From an uncultured bacterium (GTDB lineage: Bacteria > Oederibacteriota > JAAXVQ01 > JAUVAV01), in assembly GCA_965371665.1 (NCBI GenBank), contig CBDUZI010000003.1, forward strand, positions 1 to 63,179: a stretch of 63,179 nt of DNA, in the 5' to 3' direction. The position numbers were made by a program, and so were the translations under genes. The notes below the pieces were generated by a model. The model ran no database searches and was not told the DNA's origin. It was given only the letters and a program-made list of their open reading frames with translations. Each line of letters opens with the position of its first letter. Position 1 is the stretch's first letter. Of the stretch, positions 55,194-63,179 are shown piece after piece.

Positions 55194-58100
55194 ATGGGTT
55201 TGATACGTTATTTCGCGCAGAAAAGCATTTTTGTCAATCTGTTGGCAGTATTTGTCATGGTAGCCGGCGGCCTGACTTTTTATAACAGCGCCAAAGAGGT
55301 TTTTCCACAAATTCAATTGGGCTACGTCGTCATCTATACGGTCTACAGCCAGGCCGGCCCCGAAGAAATCGAGAAACTCATCACCATTCCCATAGAAAAT
55401 GCCATTGAGGATATCACGGACATCAAGGAGATCTCCTCCTGGTCCAGCGAGGGGCTTTCCATGATCGGTGTGGAACTCGAGCCCAACGTCGAAGATATTG
55501 ATAAGGTAGTCGATGATATCAAGGCCGAGGTGGAAAAACTCAAGGATCTGCCCCAGGAAGCCGAGAATCCCGAGATTTTTGAGATCTCCTCGGATATATT
55601 TCCTTTGATTAATGTCTCGCTCTCCGGCGGGGAAAACTACGCGCATCTGCGGGATGCCGCCAAAATCCTGGAAGAAGAGATATCCCGCATCGAGGGCGTG
55701 GGCCAGGGGGAAAAATGGGGATATTATGACAGAGCCATCTGGATCGACGTGGACAAGGACCGGCTGGAAAAATACGGTTTAACGCTTTTTAACTTTATTA
55801 GTGTGCTCCAGGACCGGGATATTTCCATGCCGGCCGGTAATAAAGTCTTCGGCCAGAAAGAATATTCCTTACGCTTTCTTTCTCCCATGGACAATGCCCG
55901 GGACGTTAAAAATGTTATTATCCGCTCCAATGAAGCAGGCCACCATGTCCAGGTCCGGGATGTGGCACGGGTCAGCGATGGGTTCAAGGACGAGGAGCTT
56001 TACATGCGCTCCCAGGGAAAGCGCGCCGTTATGCTGCAGGTCATGAAGCACCGCGGCTATGATAGTATAAAAATCACCCGGGAAGTGCGCCGGATCGCGG
56101 CCGAACTAAAAAAAGAATTCCCGCCGGATATTCAAATCGCTTTCTCGGACGATACCTCGGTTTATTTAAACAACCGGCTTAAGGTCCTTTATTCCAACGG
56201 CGCTTTCGGCGCTCTCCTGGTCGTGTTCATGCTGCTATTGCTCCTCCGCCCCTCGGTCGCCCTGGCAACCGCCATCGGTCTGCCCGTGGCCTTCACCATG
56301 GCCTTTTTCATCACCAAATCCGTAGGCCTCTCTTTCAATATGATATCTATTTTCGGCTTTATCATGGTCCTGGGCATGATGGTGGATGACGCCATTGTGG
56401 TGGGAGAGAATGTATACCGTCATTTGGAACACGGCGCCAAACCTTTTGACGCCGCGATTGCCGGCGCCAGTGAAATGATTATGCCGGTAATCGCCTCGGT
56501 ATCCACTACCATTGCCGCCTTTCTGCCCTTATTAATGGTAGGCGGCATGATGGGTGAATTTTTATCCAGCATTCCCAAGGTAGTTATCATCGCTCTGCTG
56601 GCCTCCCTGATTGAATGCTTTCTCATTCTGCCCTCGCACCTGGCTGACTTCGTAAAACCCAAAAAACATCTAATCTCCGAGGGGGTGCAGGAACACTGGT
56701 TCTCCATTTTACGCAATAAATATGGGCAAGCGCTTAATTGGGTTCTGCACCGCAAGCTGATTTTCGCTCTCATGATCCTGGTCCTGCTGGTTGCGAGCGC
56801 AGCGCTGGAGTGGAGAAACGGCCTGGTCTTTTCCGAGGCCCAAATATCCGAGATCACGGTAACGCTAAAAACCATTAAGGATTATTCTCTGGACGATACT
56901 GAAGCCGTGGTCAAAAAAATTGAAAAAAAGATCTTGCAATTATCCGACCAGGATCTGGAAGCGGTTAATTCCTACGTGGGCATGCAGGATGGCCAGCATG
57001 GCCCGCCCAAATTCGCTCCCAACCTGGCCCAGATCCGGGTAGTGCTGCATATTGAGGATGAGCGCCAGACCACGGATGCCAATAAAATTGTATCCCAACT
57101 GCGCGAATGGATTGGAAAACCCGCAGGCATCCAGGAGCTTAAAATCGACCTGGTTAAAGGCGGGCCGTCCTCCGGAGCGGCGATTGATATCGTACTTTCC
57201 GGCGCCAGTTATGTTGAACTGCAAAGCGTATCCAGTGAATTAATGGATCAGATCAGGGAAATCACCCTCCCGGCCAAGAAACCCGGTTTATTCTCCCGGT
57301 CATCCCCGGCCGAATCCATCAAGCCCGTCCAGGAGCTGTATACTGATTTTGAAGAAGGCAAAAAAGAGCTTAGGCTGATCGTAGATGAAGCCAAGGCCAC
57401 CCTGGCCGGAGTTAATTTAACCCAGGCCAGCACCCTGCTGCGGGCGGCCATTGCGGGCATTAAATTAAAAACCATTAAGAAGCTGGGGGAAGATATTGAT
57501 GTAATGGTCCGGGTGAATGAAAACAATATAACCAGCATCTCTGACCTGCTCCTCCTGAGAGTGCCGAACAATATGGGGAACCGGATTTTATTAAAGGAAA
57601 TTGTGCGCGTGGAAAAGGGCATTGCTTATTCCGAACTGAAGCATAAAAACGGCAAGAAGAGTTTATCCGTCCTGGGTACGATTGATAAAACCAAGACCAA
57701 CGTCAATGCCGTTAATCAGAAAATCAAGCCCCTGTTAAAGGACTTTCGTAAAAAATTCCCTCGTTTTAAATTCGAGACCGGCGGCGAACAAAAGGAAATG
57801 GTGGAAGCCTTTACCGACCTGGGAAAAGCCTTTGCCGTGGCCCTGTTCCTGATTTTCATTATTCTGGCCACTTTGTTCAATTCCCTGGGCCAGCCGGTCA
57901 TTATCATGCTGGCCATTCCTTTTGGTTTCATCGGCGTAATGCTGACCCTGATCTTTCACGGCATGCCCATCTCCTTTATGGCCTTCATGGGATTCATCGG
58001 CCTGACCGGAGTAGTGGTCAATGATTCGCTAATCATGGTTTCATTTATCAACAATCTTCGCAAGCAGGGAGTAAAAATCGAAAAAGCGATTATTGAGGGA

Positions 58101-58406
58101 GCTAAAACCCGTTTAAGACCGGTCATACTTACCACTGTAACCACCTCGGTCGGACTTTTTCCTCTGGCTTATGGCTGGTTCGGGGGGGATGATCCCATGA
58201 TCAAACCCATGGCCCTGGTCTTCGCCTGGGGTCTGATATTTGCCACCGGAATCACCTTGTTCATTATTCCCTGTTTCCTGGCTATCAGCATCAACGTAAA
58301 AACACTCTTAAAAAGGATTCTTAAAAAAGATTCCTCCGAGCCCTTGATTTTCAGGAAATTCCGCCCTCTGAAATCTCCGGTCTTGAAAAAATCCAGGAAA
58401 GCTTAG
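55194..58406 (+). CDS. RND-family efflux transporter permease (AcrB/CzcA type)
   Basis: 1,070 aa with 12-TM/2-large-loop organisation. 'MVDDAIVVGENV' and 'GVVVNDSLIMVSF' conserved TM4/TM10 motifs. AAGGAG RBS. Confidence 0.9.
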   Translation: MGLIRYFAQKSIFVNLLAVFVMVAGGLTFYNSAKEVFPQIQLGYVVIYTVYSQAGPEEIEKLITIPIENAIEDITDIKEISSWSSEGLSMIGVELEPNVEDIDKVVDDIKAEVEKLKDLPQEAENPEIFEISSDIFPLINVSLSGGENYAHLRDAAKILEEEISRIEGVGQGEKWGYYDRAIWIDVDKDRLEKYGLTLFNFISVLQDRDISMPAGNKVFGQKEYSLRFLSPMDNARDVKNVIIRSNEAGHHVQVRDVARVSDGFKDEELYMRSQGKRAVMLQVMKHRGYDSIKITREVRRIAAELKKEFPPDIQIAFSDDTSVYLNNRLKVLYSNGAFGALLVVFMLLLLLRPSVALATAIGLPVAFTMAFFITKSVGLSFNMISIFGFIMVLGMMVDDAIVVGENVYRHLEHGAKPFDAAIAGASEMIMPVIASVSTTIAAFLPLLMVGGMMGEFLSSIPKVVIIALLASLIECFLILPSHLADFVKPKKHLISEGVQEHWFSILRNKYGQALNWVLHRKLIFALMILVLLVASAALEWRNGLVFSEAQISEITVTLKTIKDYSLDDTEAVVKKIEKKILQLSDQDLEAVNSYVGMQDGQHGPPKFAPNLAQIRVVLHIEDERQTTDANKIVSQLREWIGKPAGIQELKIDLVKGGPSSGAAIDIVLSGASYVELQSVSSELMDQIREITLPAKKPGLFSRSSPAESIKPVQELYTDFEEGKKELRLIVDEAKATLAGVNLTQASTLLRAAIAGIKLKTIKKLGEDIDVMVRVNENNITSISDLLLLRVPNNMGNRILLKEIVRVEKGIAYSELKHKNGKKSLSVLGTIDKTKTNVNAVNQKIKPLLKDFRKKFPRFKFETGGEQKEMVEAFTDLGKAFAVALFLIFIILATLFNSLGQPVIIMLAIPFGFIGVMLTLIFHGMPISFMAFMGFIGLTGVVVNDSLIMVSFINNLRKQGVKIEKAIIEGAKTRLRPVILTTVTTSVGLFPLAYGWFGGDDPMIKPMALVFAWGLIFATGITLFIIPCFLAISINVKTLLKRILKKDSSEPLIFRKFRPLKSPVLKKSRKA

Positions 58407-58481
58407 GCTCGGTATGATACAATTTTGGCTGCAGGAAGGAAATATCCAGATATTTCAGAAAATAACCAGAAGGCATAAATA

Positions 58482-58811
58482 ATGAGAAAACTCAAGAAAA
58501 TTGAGGCAGGGATTATTTTCGGGGCTATTTTCGGCATAGTTGACATAATACCCATGTTAATTATAAAAATGACTTGGGATACTCTTTTGTCGGCATTTGT
58601 TATGTGTGTAATCGGGGGCTTTCTCATAGCGACATCAAATTTAAAACTTAGCCATACTTTAAAAGGAATAGTGATTTTCTTTCTGATAGCTGTTCCCATG
58701 ATAATCGTAGTCGGCGCAAGCGCGCCGAAAGAAATGATTCCCATGATATTTACGAATCTGGTTATAGGAAGTTTGCTGGGATATTTTATTGGCCGTTTTG
58801 GAAAAAATTAA
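58482..58811 (+). CDS. Small integral membrane protein (4 hydrophobic spans)
   Basis: Hydrophobicity pattern only. The antisense ORF 58403-58744 is rejected. Confidence 0.45.
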   Translation: MRKLKKIEAGIIFGAIFGIVDIIPMLIIKMTWDTLLSAFVMCVIGGFLIATSNLKLSHTLKGIVIFFLIAVPMIIVVGASAPKEMIPMIFTNLVIGSLLGYFIGRFGKN

Positions 58812-58849
58812 AAGCCCCCTTATCCCATCCTCCGTTTGGTTGCATGAAG

Positions 58850-58908
58850 CCTGGATTCCGGCATGCTTTCAGCCCTGCACTAAACCATCCAGGACAGGCC
58901 GGAATCAC
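58850..58908. repeat. Family-1 fragment (inner module, inverted)
   Basis: 'cctggattccggcatgctttcagccctgcactaaaccatccaggacaggccggaatcac' matches the inner module of 23883-24062 and 31277-31439. Confidence 0.65.
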
Positions 58909-59008
58909 AAGAATGTTTTAAGAACTTACTTTTTACGCAATTCAACCGATCCTAATAATGGATTAGATAGTTTTAAAGTAATATATAAACAATTCACAGG
59001 GGGGAAAG

Positions 59009-59818
59009 ATGGGCAAACTTTTACTCATACTTTGCATTTTAGTTTCGATGGTCTCAGTGGCCTTAGCCAAAGATATAGCAGATGCAGGGAGCATAAAAAG
59101 CCAAGAAGATTTAGATACAAATACTTCCACTGCTCAATCTAAAAAGACGATGCTGTTTGTTTTTGGAGCTCTTCATTCCGGACTAGTAACCAATCTGCCC
59201 TGTAAGCCCCTGGAAGGAACTTATGTTCCTGGTTCAGCATATATGATTGGTGCTCAGCCGTATGACTTCGCGTGGGGAGCCGGCTTCGGTATAGAATATA
59301 AGCTGACTGATTCCCTGGCAGTGTGTTTTGACGGCAGTATAAACCGGTGGGAAAAGCTTTTAGCCAAAGAAAATGGGTATGGCGTGGGAGCTTGGGTGTG
59401 GGAACAAAGCGGATATAATGACGCCCTAATTGGACCTTTCTCGATGGACACAACATATTATATGGATACCACGACGATGAAGCTGGGAGGAAAGTATTTC
59501 GCATCGAAAGGAACTTTCCAACCCTGGATAGGCGCTTCCTTAGGCATTTATAGATGGCAAGCAACCATAGGCAACAGGGAACTAGGCAAGAAATATAGCG
59601 AGATTTCTTCAGATATTTCTTTTTCACCCTCTTTTCAGGTTGGCATAGATTTCGTGTTTGATGAGTTTGCGATAAGGATATTTTCAGATTATGGTACCGC
59701 AACAGCAAATCCATACTTTGAAAATCTTTTCCAGGACGGATGGACCTTCGAAAACACCGGAGGCGAGCATGTCGAAGGGCCTTTCAAATTTGGACTTGCC
59801 TTAGGCATGGCAATTTAG
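59009..59818 (+). CDS. Secreted protein, possible outer-membrane beta-barrel
   Basis: Signal-like MGKLLLILCILVSMVSVALA. Alternating hydrophobic/aromatic beta-strand pattern (GAGFGIEYKL, WIGASLGIYRW, FQVGIDFVF, FKFGLALGMAI). Confidence 0.45.
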   Translation: MGKLLLILCILVSMVSVALAKDIADAGSIKSQEDLDTNTSTAQSKKTMLFVFGALHSGLVTNLPCKPLEGTYVPGSAYMIGAQPYDFAWGAGFGIEYKLTDSLAVCFDGSINRWEKLLAKENGYGVGAWVWEQSGYNDALIGPFSMDTTYYMDTTTMKLGGKYFASKGTFQPWIGASLGIYRWQATIGNRELGKKYSEISSDISFSPSFQVGIDFVFDEFAIRIFSDYGTATANPYFENLFQDGWTFENTGGEHVEGPFKFGLALGMAI

Positions 59819-60133
59819 TTATTCCTCCCTGTACTCTTTTGACACTTTCTTTTTATTTGATTCTACATATTTCCAGCCCGGCCGACGTTCCGGCGCTTGG
59901 GTTCTATCCGTACACTCCCATATCCTAAGATACTTATATTTTTCTCCCTGATCCATATCCTCTATTTCTGTATAACTTGCGGCGGTTACGGTTAAATTAC
60001 TATATTCACTCATTTCCGCCTCCTCCTTCAATATATCTTGGGCCTGGATGACTCCAGAAATTAAAACAAACAAAAAGAGAGAAATTATTATTTTGCAATA
60101 TTTTGGCCAATTGCCATTTAAAAGATTAATCAT
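59819..60133 (-). CDS. Small secreted hypothetical protein
   Basis: Signal-like KIIISLFLFVLISGVIQA. Charged mature part. AT-rich gene. Confidence 0.35.
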   Translation of the reverse strand: MINLLNGNWPKYCKIIISLFLFVLISGVIQAQDILKEEAEMSEYSNLTVTAASYTEIEDMDQGEKYKYLRIWECTDRTQAPERRPGWKYVESNKKKVSKEYREE

Positions 60134-60348
60134 CTTTTCATCATCTGCCTTTCATATTTACTTTTTTCCAAAAGAGTTAATATTATTTAGTTTATCATAG
60201 ACGCACTACAAAATCAAGACAAAGTGCCATATTGTGTATATATTATATTATTATAATAGTATTTGTGGCATTTTGCATCATTTGTATTGTCTTTTTTCTA
60301 TTTTAAATAGATCGTAATTAGTTGTTTATTATGGCCTTACCGGTTACT

Positions 60349-60385
60349 GTAGGGGCGACGCATGCGTAGCCCCCACCCGTAGGAA
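60349..60385. repeat. Family-3 palindrome
   Basis: 'gtaggggcgacgcatgcgtagcccccacccgtagg', downstream of comEC. Confidence 0.6.
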
Positions 60386-60427
60386 GCACCTTTCAGCTTT
60401 CCAGTAATTGAAAACGCCCCTCCCCGT

Positions 60428-62872
60428 TTATTTCCATGTTTGCCAGGAAATATTGCCCAACCGGAGAGTCACTTCCACCGCCCCCTGGCTTTTGGTATTC
60501 AGCACACTTCCGGAAAAATCCTTCAGGCGAGCTAATGTTTCCTGGTCAGGCAATCCAAAGGGATTGCGGTTACCCGGCGTCACTACTGCAACTCGCGGTT
60601 GGACTTGAGCCAATAATCCACATGAACTGGAATCCTGCGCGCCATGGTGTCCGGCTTTCAGCACGTCGCAAGTTTTATCCAAGCACCACTGAGCTTCTAT
60701 TTTATCCGGACTATCACCGGTAAAAAGCAGCCGGCCGGCCGGAGATTTTATCCATACTACCAGGCAGTGTTTATTATCCCCGGCCGCGCCTCCACGAGGA
60801 GGCCAGATACTTTCCATCTCCATGCCCGGGAATATTTTCAGGCACTCTCCTCTTCTTAAGATCAAATGCGAGACATCACGGCGCCTGATTGCCTGTTCTA
60901 TGGCTCTGACCTGCGGCCGGGCTGAAGATCCCAACCCGGCGCTGATCAATTTTGGGATACTAAAAAAGTCCAAAGCAGCCACTGCTCCGCCGGCATGATC
61001 CGCGTCCGTATGCGATAACAGTAATGCGTCCAAACGATTAATGCCCCGGCCGGCCAAATACGGTTTAACCCGCCATAAAAATTCCTGTTCCGTGCCGGTA
61101 TCGATCAGTATTCTGGCTCCCTGCCCATTCTCAATTAATGCGGACTCCCCGATTCCCAGGGAAAGAAATGTTACCCGGGTTTCCCCCGGCCTGGGACCAG
61201 GCGGCCTGAAAAGCGGGTAGACCAGTATTAAAATCATTATGAGTAAAAGGCCTCCCATAAACCTCCCCCCGGCCACTGAATAAGCTATGCCACAATACTC
61301 TTTTAAATCAATTTTAGTAACCTTGTCATTCCGAGGCAAAGCCGGGGAATCTCCGGGAACCTTTTTTAAAAAAATAATTTGATAAAGATTCCTCGTAAAT
61401 AAAGCCGCCGCAATGTAGAGACTCAAGGTCCACCAGCCGGCCCCGGGCCAAAAAAATATCCTCCCTCCCGGCAATCTCCCGGCTATCTGCGCCGCGCCGA
61501 TTAATCCCCGAACAGCCCAGCCGGCCAGCCAGCCGGCTGCCTCCGCTCCTCCCGGCCAGATCCACGCCAGCAAGGCGGCCAGCAATCCATTAACTACTGC
61601 GGCGCTTAGCAGCGGAATAGCTATCAAATTCGCAAGCAGGGATACCGGAACCAGGCTGTAAAAATGATAAATAGTCAAGGGCGCGGTTCCCAGCCCGGCT
61701 GCTCCCGAAATAATAATGGAACTCAGCGGCCAACGAATAAGCTGAGGCATTTTTTCTGTCTGTTGGATTAAAGGCAATATGGCCAGTATGGAGGCTGTGG
61801 CGGAAAAAGAGAGCTGAAATCCCGCATCCTGGCATGCCATGGGATTGTTGGCCAGAAGAACCAGCCCGGCCAGGGCCAGACCCGATCCCGGATCACCCCG
61901 GCGGTCGGCTAATCCGCTCAGTACCATGCAGGCAATCATGACAACAGCGCGAATCACCGGTGCTTTACCGCCGGTAGCCAGTGCCAATAAAGCTATTCCT
62001 ATAACCCCGGCTATTAGGGAAAAACTTTTTGGCGCCCGGAATACTCTGAGTAATCCGCACAAAGCCCCGAATACTATACCGACATGCAGCCCGGAAATCG
62101 CCAATATGTGCGCCAGGCCCGAGGCCGCCATATGTTCGCGCTCCAGCCCGGAAAGCCCGGAACGGTCACCCGCCACCAGCGCTCTAACCAGGCCTCTGGC
62201 ATCCGGTGGTATGCTGCGTCTTATACCTTCCACTAAAACACGATGCAGTTTCCCGGCTGTCCATCCGGGAGAAAACATCCCGGCCGGGCGGACGCGAACC
62301 GCGTCCCCGGATTGCATCCCCTTTAGGCGGGCGCGAATGCCGCAACGGGCCAGAAAAGCGGCGTAATCAAACTCTCCCGGATTCACCGGAGCATCTACTC
62401 CCTGCAGCCAGCCCCTCACTCTTATACGATCGCCGGGATTCCAGGCTTTGGCCTGACCCGGCATGGAAAAACGCACCCGGCCTGAGACATGATATTTTTG
62501 GCCCTGCCACTTGGCCTCATCACATAGCAGCACGCCGGTCCAGTACCGGCCCATTCGCGCCGGCTGAGTCAGGCCGCAGAGTCTTCCTTGTAGGACAATA
62601 TCCCTCCGGGGAACCCAGCGTGAAATATCATCAGGCGAAATATATCCCGCTTGTATGGCCAGCCCGGCATAAAGGCAAAAACCGGCACCCAGCAAAAACG
62701 GAAAGGCCTGTGAAGTATAGTGCCGCCAACGGGCGGCCAGGGCCGCAAGCAATGCCAGGCCGAACCAAATCCAGGAAGAGCCTTCACTTAGATACTGTCC
62801 AAACAGGCATCCCCCAAAAGCCGCTATTGCCAAAGGAATGAGAGGGCGCTGGATATATTGGTAAGCAGGCAT
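60428..62872 (-). CDS. comEC: DNA internalisation competence protein ComEC/Rec2 (membrane domain plus metallo-beta-lactamase domain)
   Basis: Polytopic competence domain ('SGLAHILAISGLHVG') and C-terminal MBL 'LLSHTDADHAGG', 'KAGHHGA'. A repeat fragment lies in frame in the linker. Confidence 0.88.
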   Translation of the reverse strand: MPAYQYIQRPLIPLAIAAFGGCLFGQYLSEGSSWIWFGLALLAALAARWRHYTSQAFPFLLGAGFCLYAGLAIQAGYISPDDISRWVPRRDIVLQGRLCGLTQPARMGRYWTGVLLCDEAKWQGQKYHVSGRVRFSMPGQAKAWNPGDRIRVRGWLQGVDAPVNPGEFDYAAFLARCGIRARLKGMQSGDAVRVRPAGMFSPGWTAGKLHRVLVEGIRRSIPPDARGLVRALVAGDRSGLSGLEREHMAASGLAHILAISGLHVGIVFGALCGLLRVFRAPKSFSLIAGVIGIALLALATGGKAPVIRAVVMIACMVLSGLADRRGDPGSGLALAGLVLLANNPMACQDAGFQLSFSATASILAILPLIQQTEKMPQLIRWPLSSIIISGAAGLGTAPLTIYHFYSLVPVSLLANLIAIPLLSAAVVNGLLAALLAWIWPGGAEAAGWLAGWAVRGLIGAAQIAGRLPGGRIFFWPGAGWWTLSLYIAAALFTRNLYQIIFLKKVPGDSPALPRNDKVTKIDLKEYCGIAYSVAGGRFMGGLLLIMILILVYPLFRPPGPRPGETRVTFLSLGIGESALIENGQGARILIDTGTEQEFLWRVKPYLAGRGINRLDALLLSHTDADHAGGAVAALDFFSIPKLISAGLGSSARPQVRAIEQAIRRRDVSHLILRRGECLKIFPGMEMESIWPPRGGAAGDNKHCLVVWIKSPAGRLLFTGDSPDKIEAQWCLDKTCDVLKAGHHGAQDSSSCGLLAQVQPRVAVVTPGNRNPFGLPDQETLARLKDFSGSVLNTKSQGAVEVTLRLGNISWQTWK
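61325..61356. repeat. Family-1 half-element embedded in frame in comEC
   Basis: 'gtcattccgaggcaaagccggggaatctccgg' resembles the left arm of 8977-9058. It translates on the minus strand as PGDSPALPRND. Confidence 0.65.
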
Positions 62873-62990
62873 ACTGGATTAGACAGAAAACCAGGTGGAA
62901 TATTGCTGATATTTTGCTTTTTTTATTTTCAGAGTGAATGTTTGCCCTAGGGCAACTCAAGAAGGGATGTTATCTCTCTGTAACCGATGA

Positions 62991-63125
62991 CTAGGAGCCT
63001 GTCGGACTTAGGCACAAAAGTGAATTTTGAGCACTCTTCCCCCTTTGAAAAAGGGGGATTGAGGGGGATTTTGCATATGAAAGCGGGCGTTTTATTGATT
63101 AAATCCCCCTGCCCCTTTACAAAAG
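62991..63125. repeat. Family-2 element, inverted near-identical copy of 32486-32620, truncated at one end
   Basis: My manual alignment of its reverse complement to 32486-32620 gives 4 mismatches in ~135 bp. It has the 'ctaggagcctgtcggactta' TIR but lacks the second TIR. Confidence 0.85.
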
Positions 63126-63179
63126 CTTTCTATTACCCATAACTATGTTTGGGAAAAAATATTCTCAGGCATTATTTCA

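Noticed and set aside
58403-58744. A 113-aa minus-strand membrane-like ORF.
   Set aside because: It is the mirror image of the plus-strand 109-aa ORF (58482-58811). The plus-strand ORF is co-directional with the RND operon and has the more plausible start context. Only one of the two can be real, and confidence is modest.
1-63179. Search for tRNA, rRNA, tmRNA, riboswitch or CRISPR features in all intergenic gaps longer than 100 bp.
   Set aside because: No cloverleaf-compatible sequence (no GTTCGAATC-type T-arm), no rRNA-like conserved blocks and no recognisable riboswitch cores were seen by eye. This is a weak negative and should be confirmed with tRNAscan-SE or Infernal.

Overview
This 63-kb window is a bacterial chromosomal segment, probably from an uncultivated diderm; phylum cannot be assigned by eye. 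Diderm markers are kdsB, a TolC-family protein, an RND pump and comEC.

About two-thirds of the window is housekeeping. One uninterrupted 36-kb minus-strand run (17.3-53.4 kb) carries kdsB, mutM, ldhA, accD-folC, trpCFBA, tmk-holB-ricT-metG-tatD, fhs, split metH, dcd, pepA and pdxA-rsmA.

Four accessory parts stand out:
1. A 2,349-aa secreted giant ORF (1.6-8.6 kb). Its last ~0.8 kb is AT-rich and Lys-rich, and a strong-RBS 109-aa membrane ORF overlaps it. An AT-rich block of surface/glycosylation genes follows (9.1-15.5 kb).
2. A cluster of four small genes ending in a TM/coiled-coil/pYEATS-like protein (15.6-17.2 kb).
3. A low-GC islet (37.0-40.2 kb) with a three-domain TIR protein, a Fic remnant, and one intact plus one nonsense-mutated GIY-YIG gene, all embedded in 'GAGCTTGTCGAA' repeat clusters.
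4. An 808-aa class-III nucleotidyl-cyclase protein translationally coupled to a DUF1848-like protein carrying CX3CX2C (48.5-51.8 kb).

At least four dispersed repeat or MITE-like families litter the intergenic spacers. Several copies are read through in frame inside genes (folC, comEC, the giant ORF, and the MFS and GIY-YIG tails).

No rRNA, tRNA, CRISPR array, transposase or integrase was recognised. My top candidates for something new are the giant ORF with its overlapping ORF, the TIR/GIY-YIG islet and the cyclase-DUF1848 pair. All functional ideas are inference from motifs read by eye.
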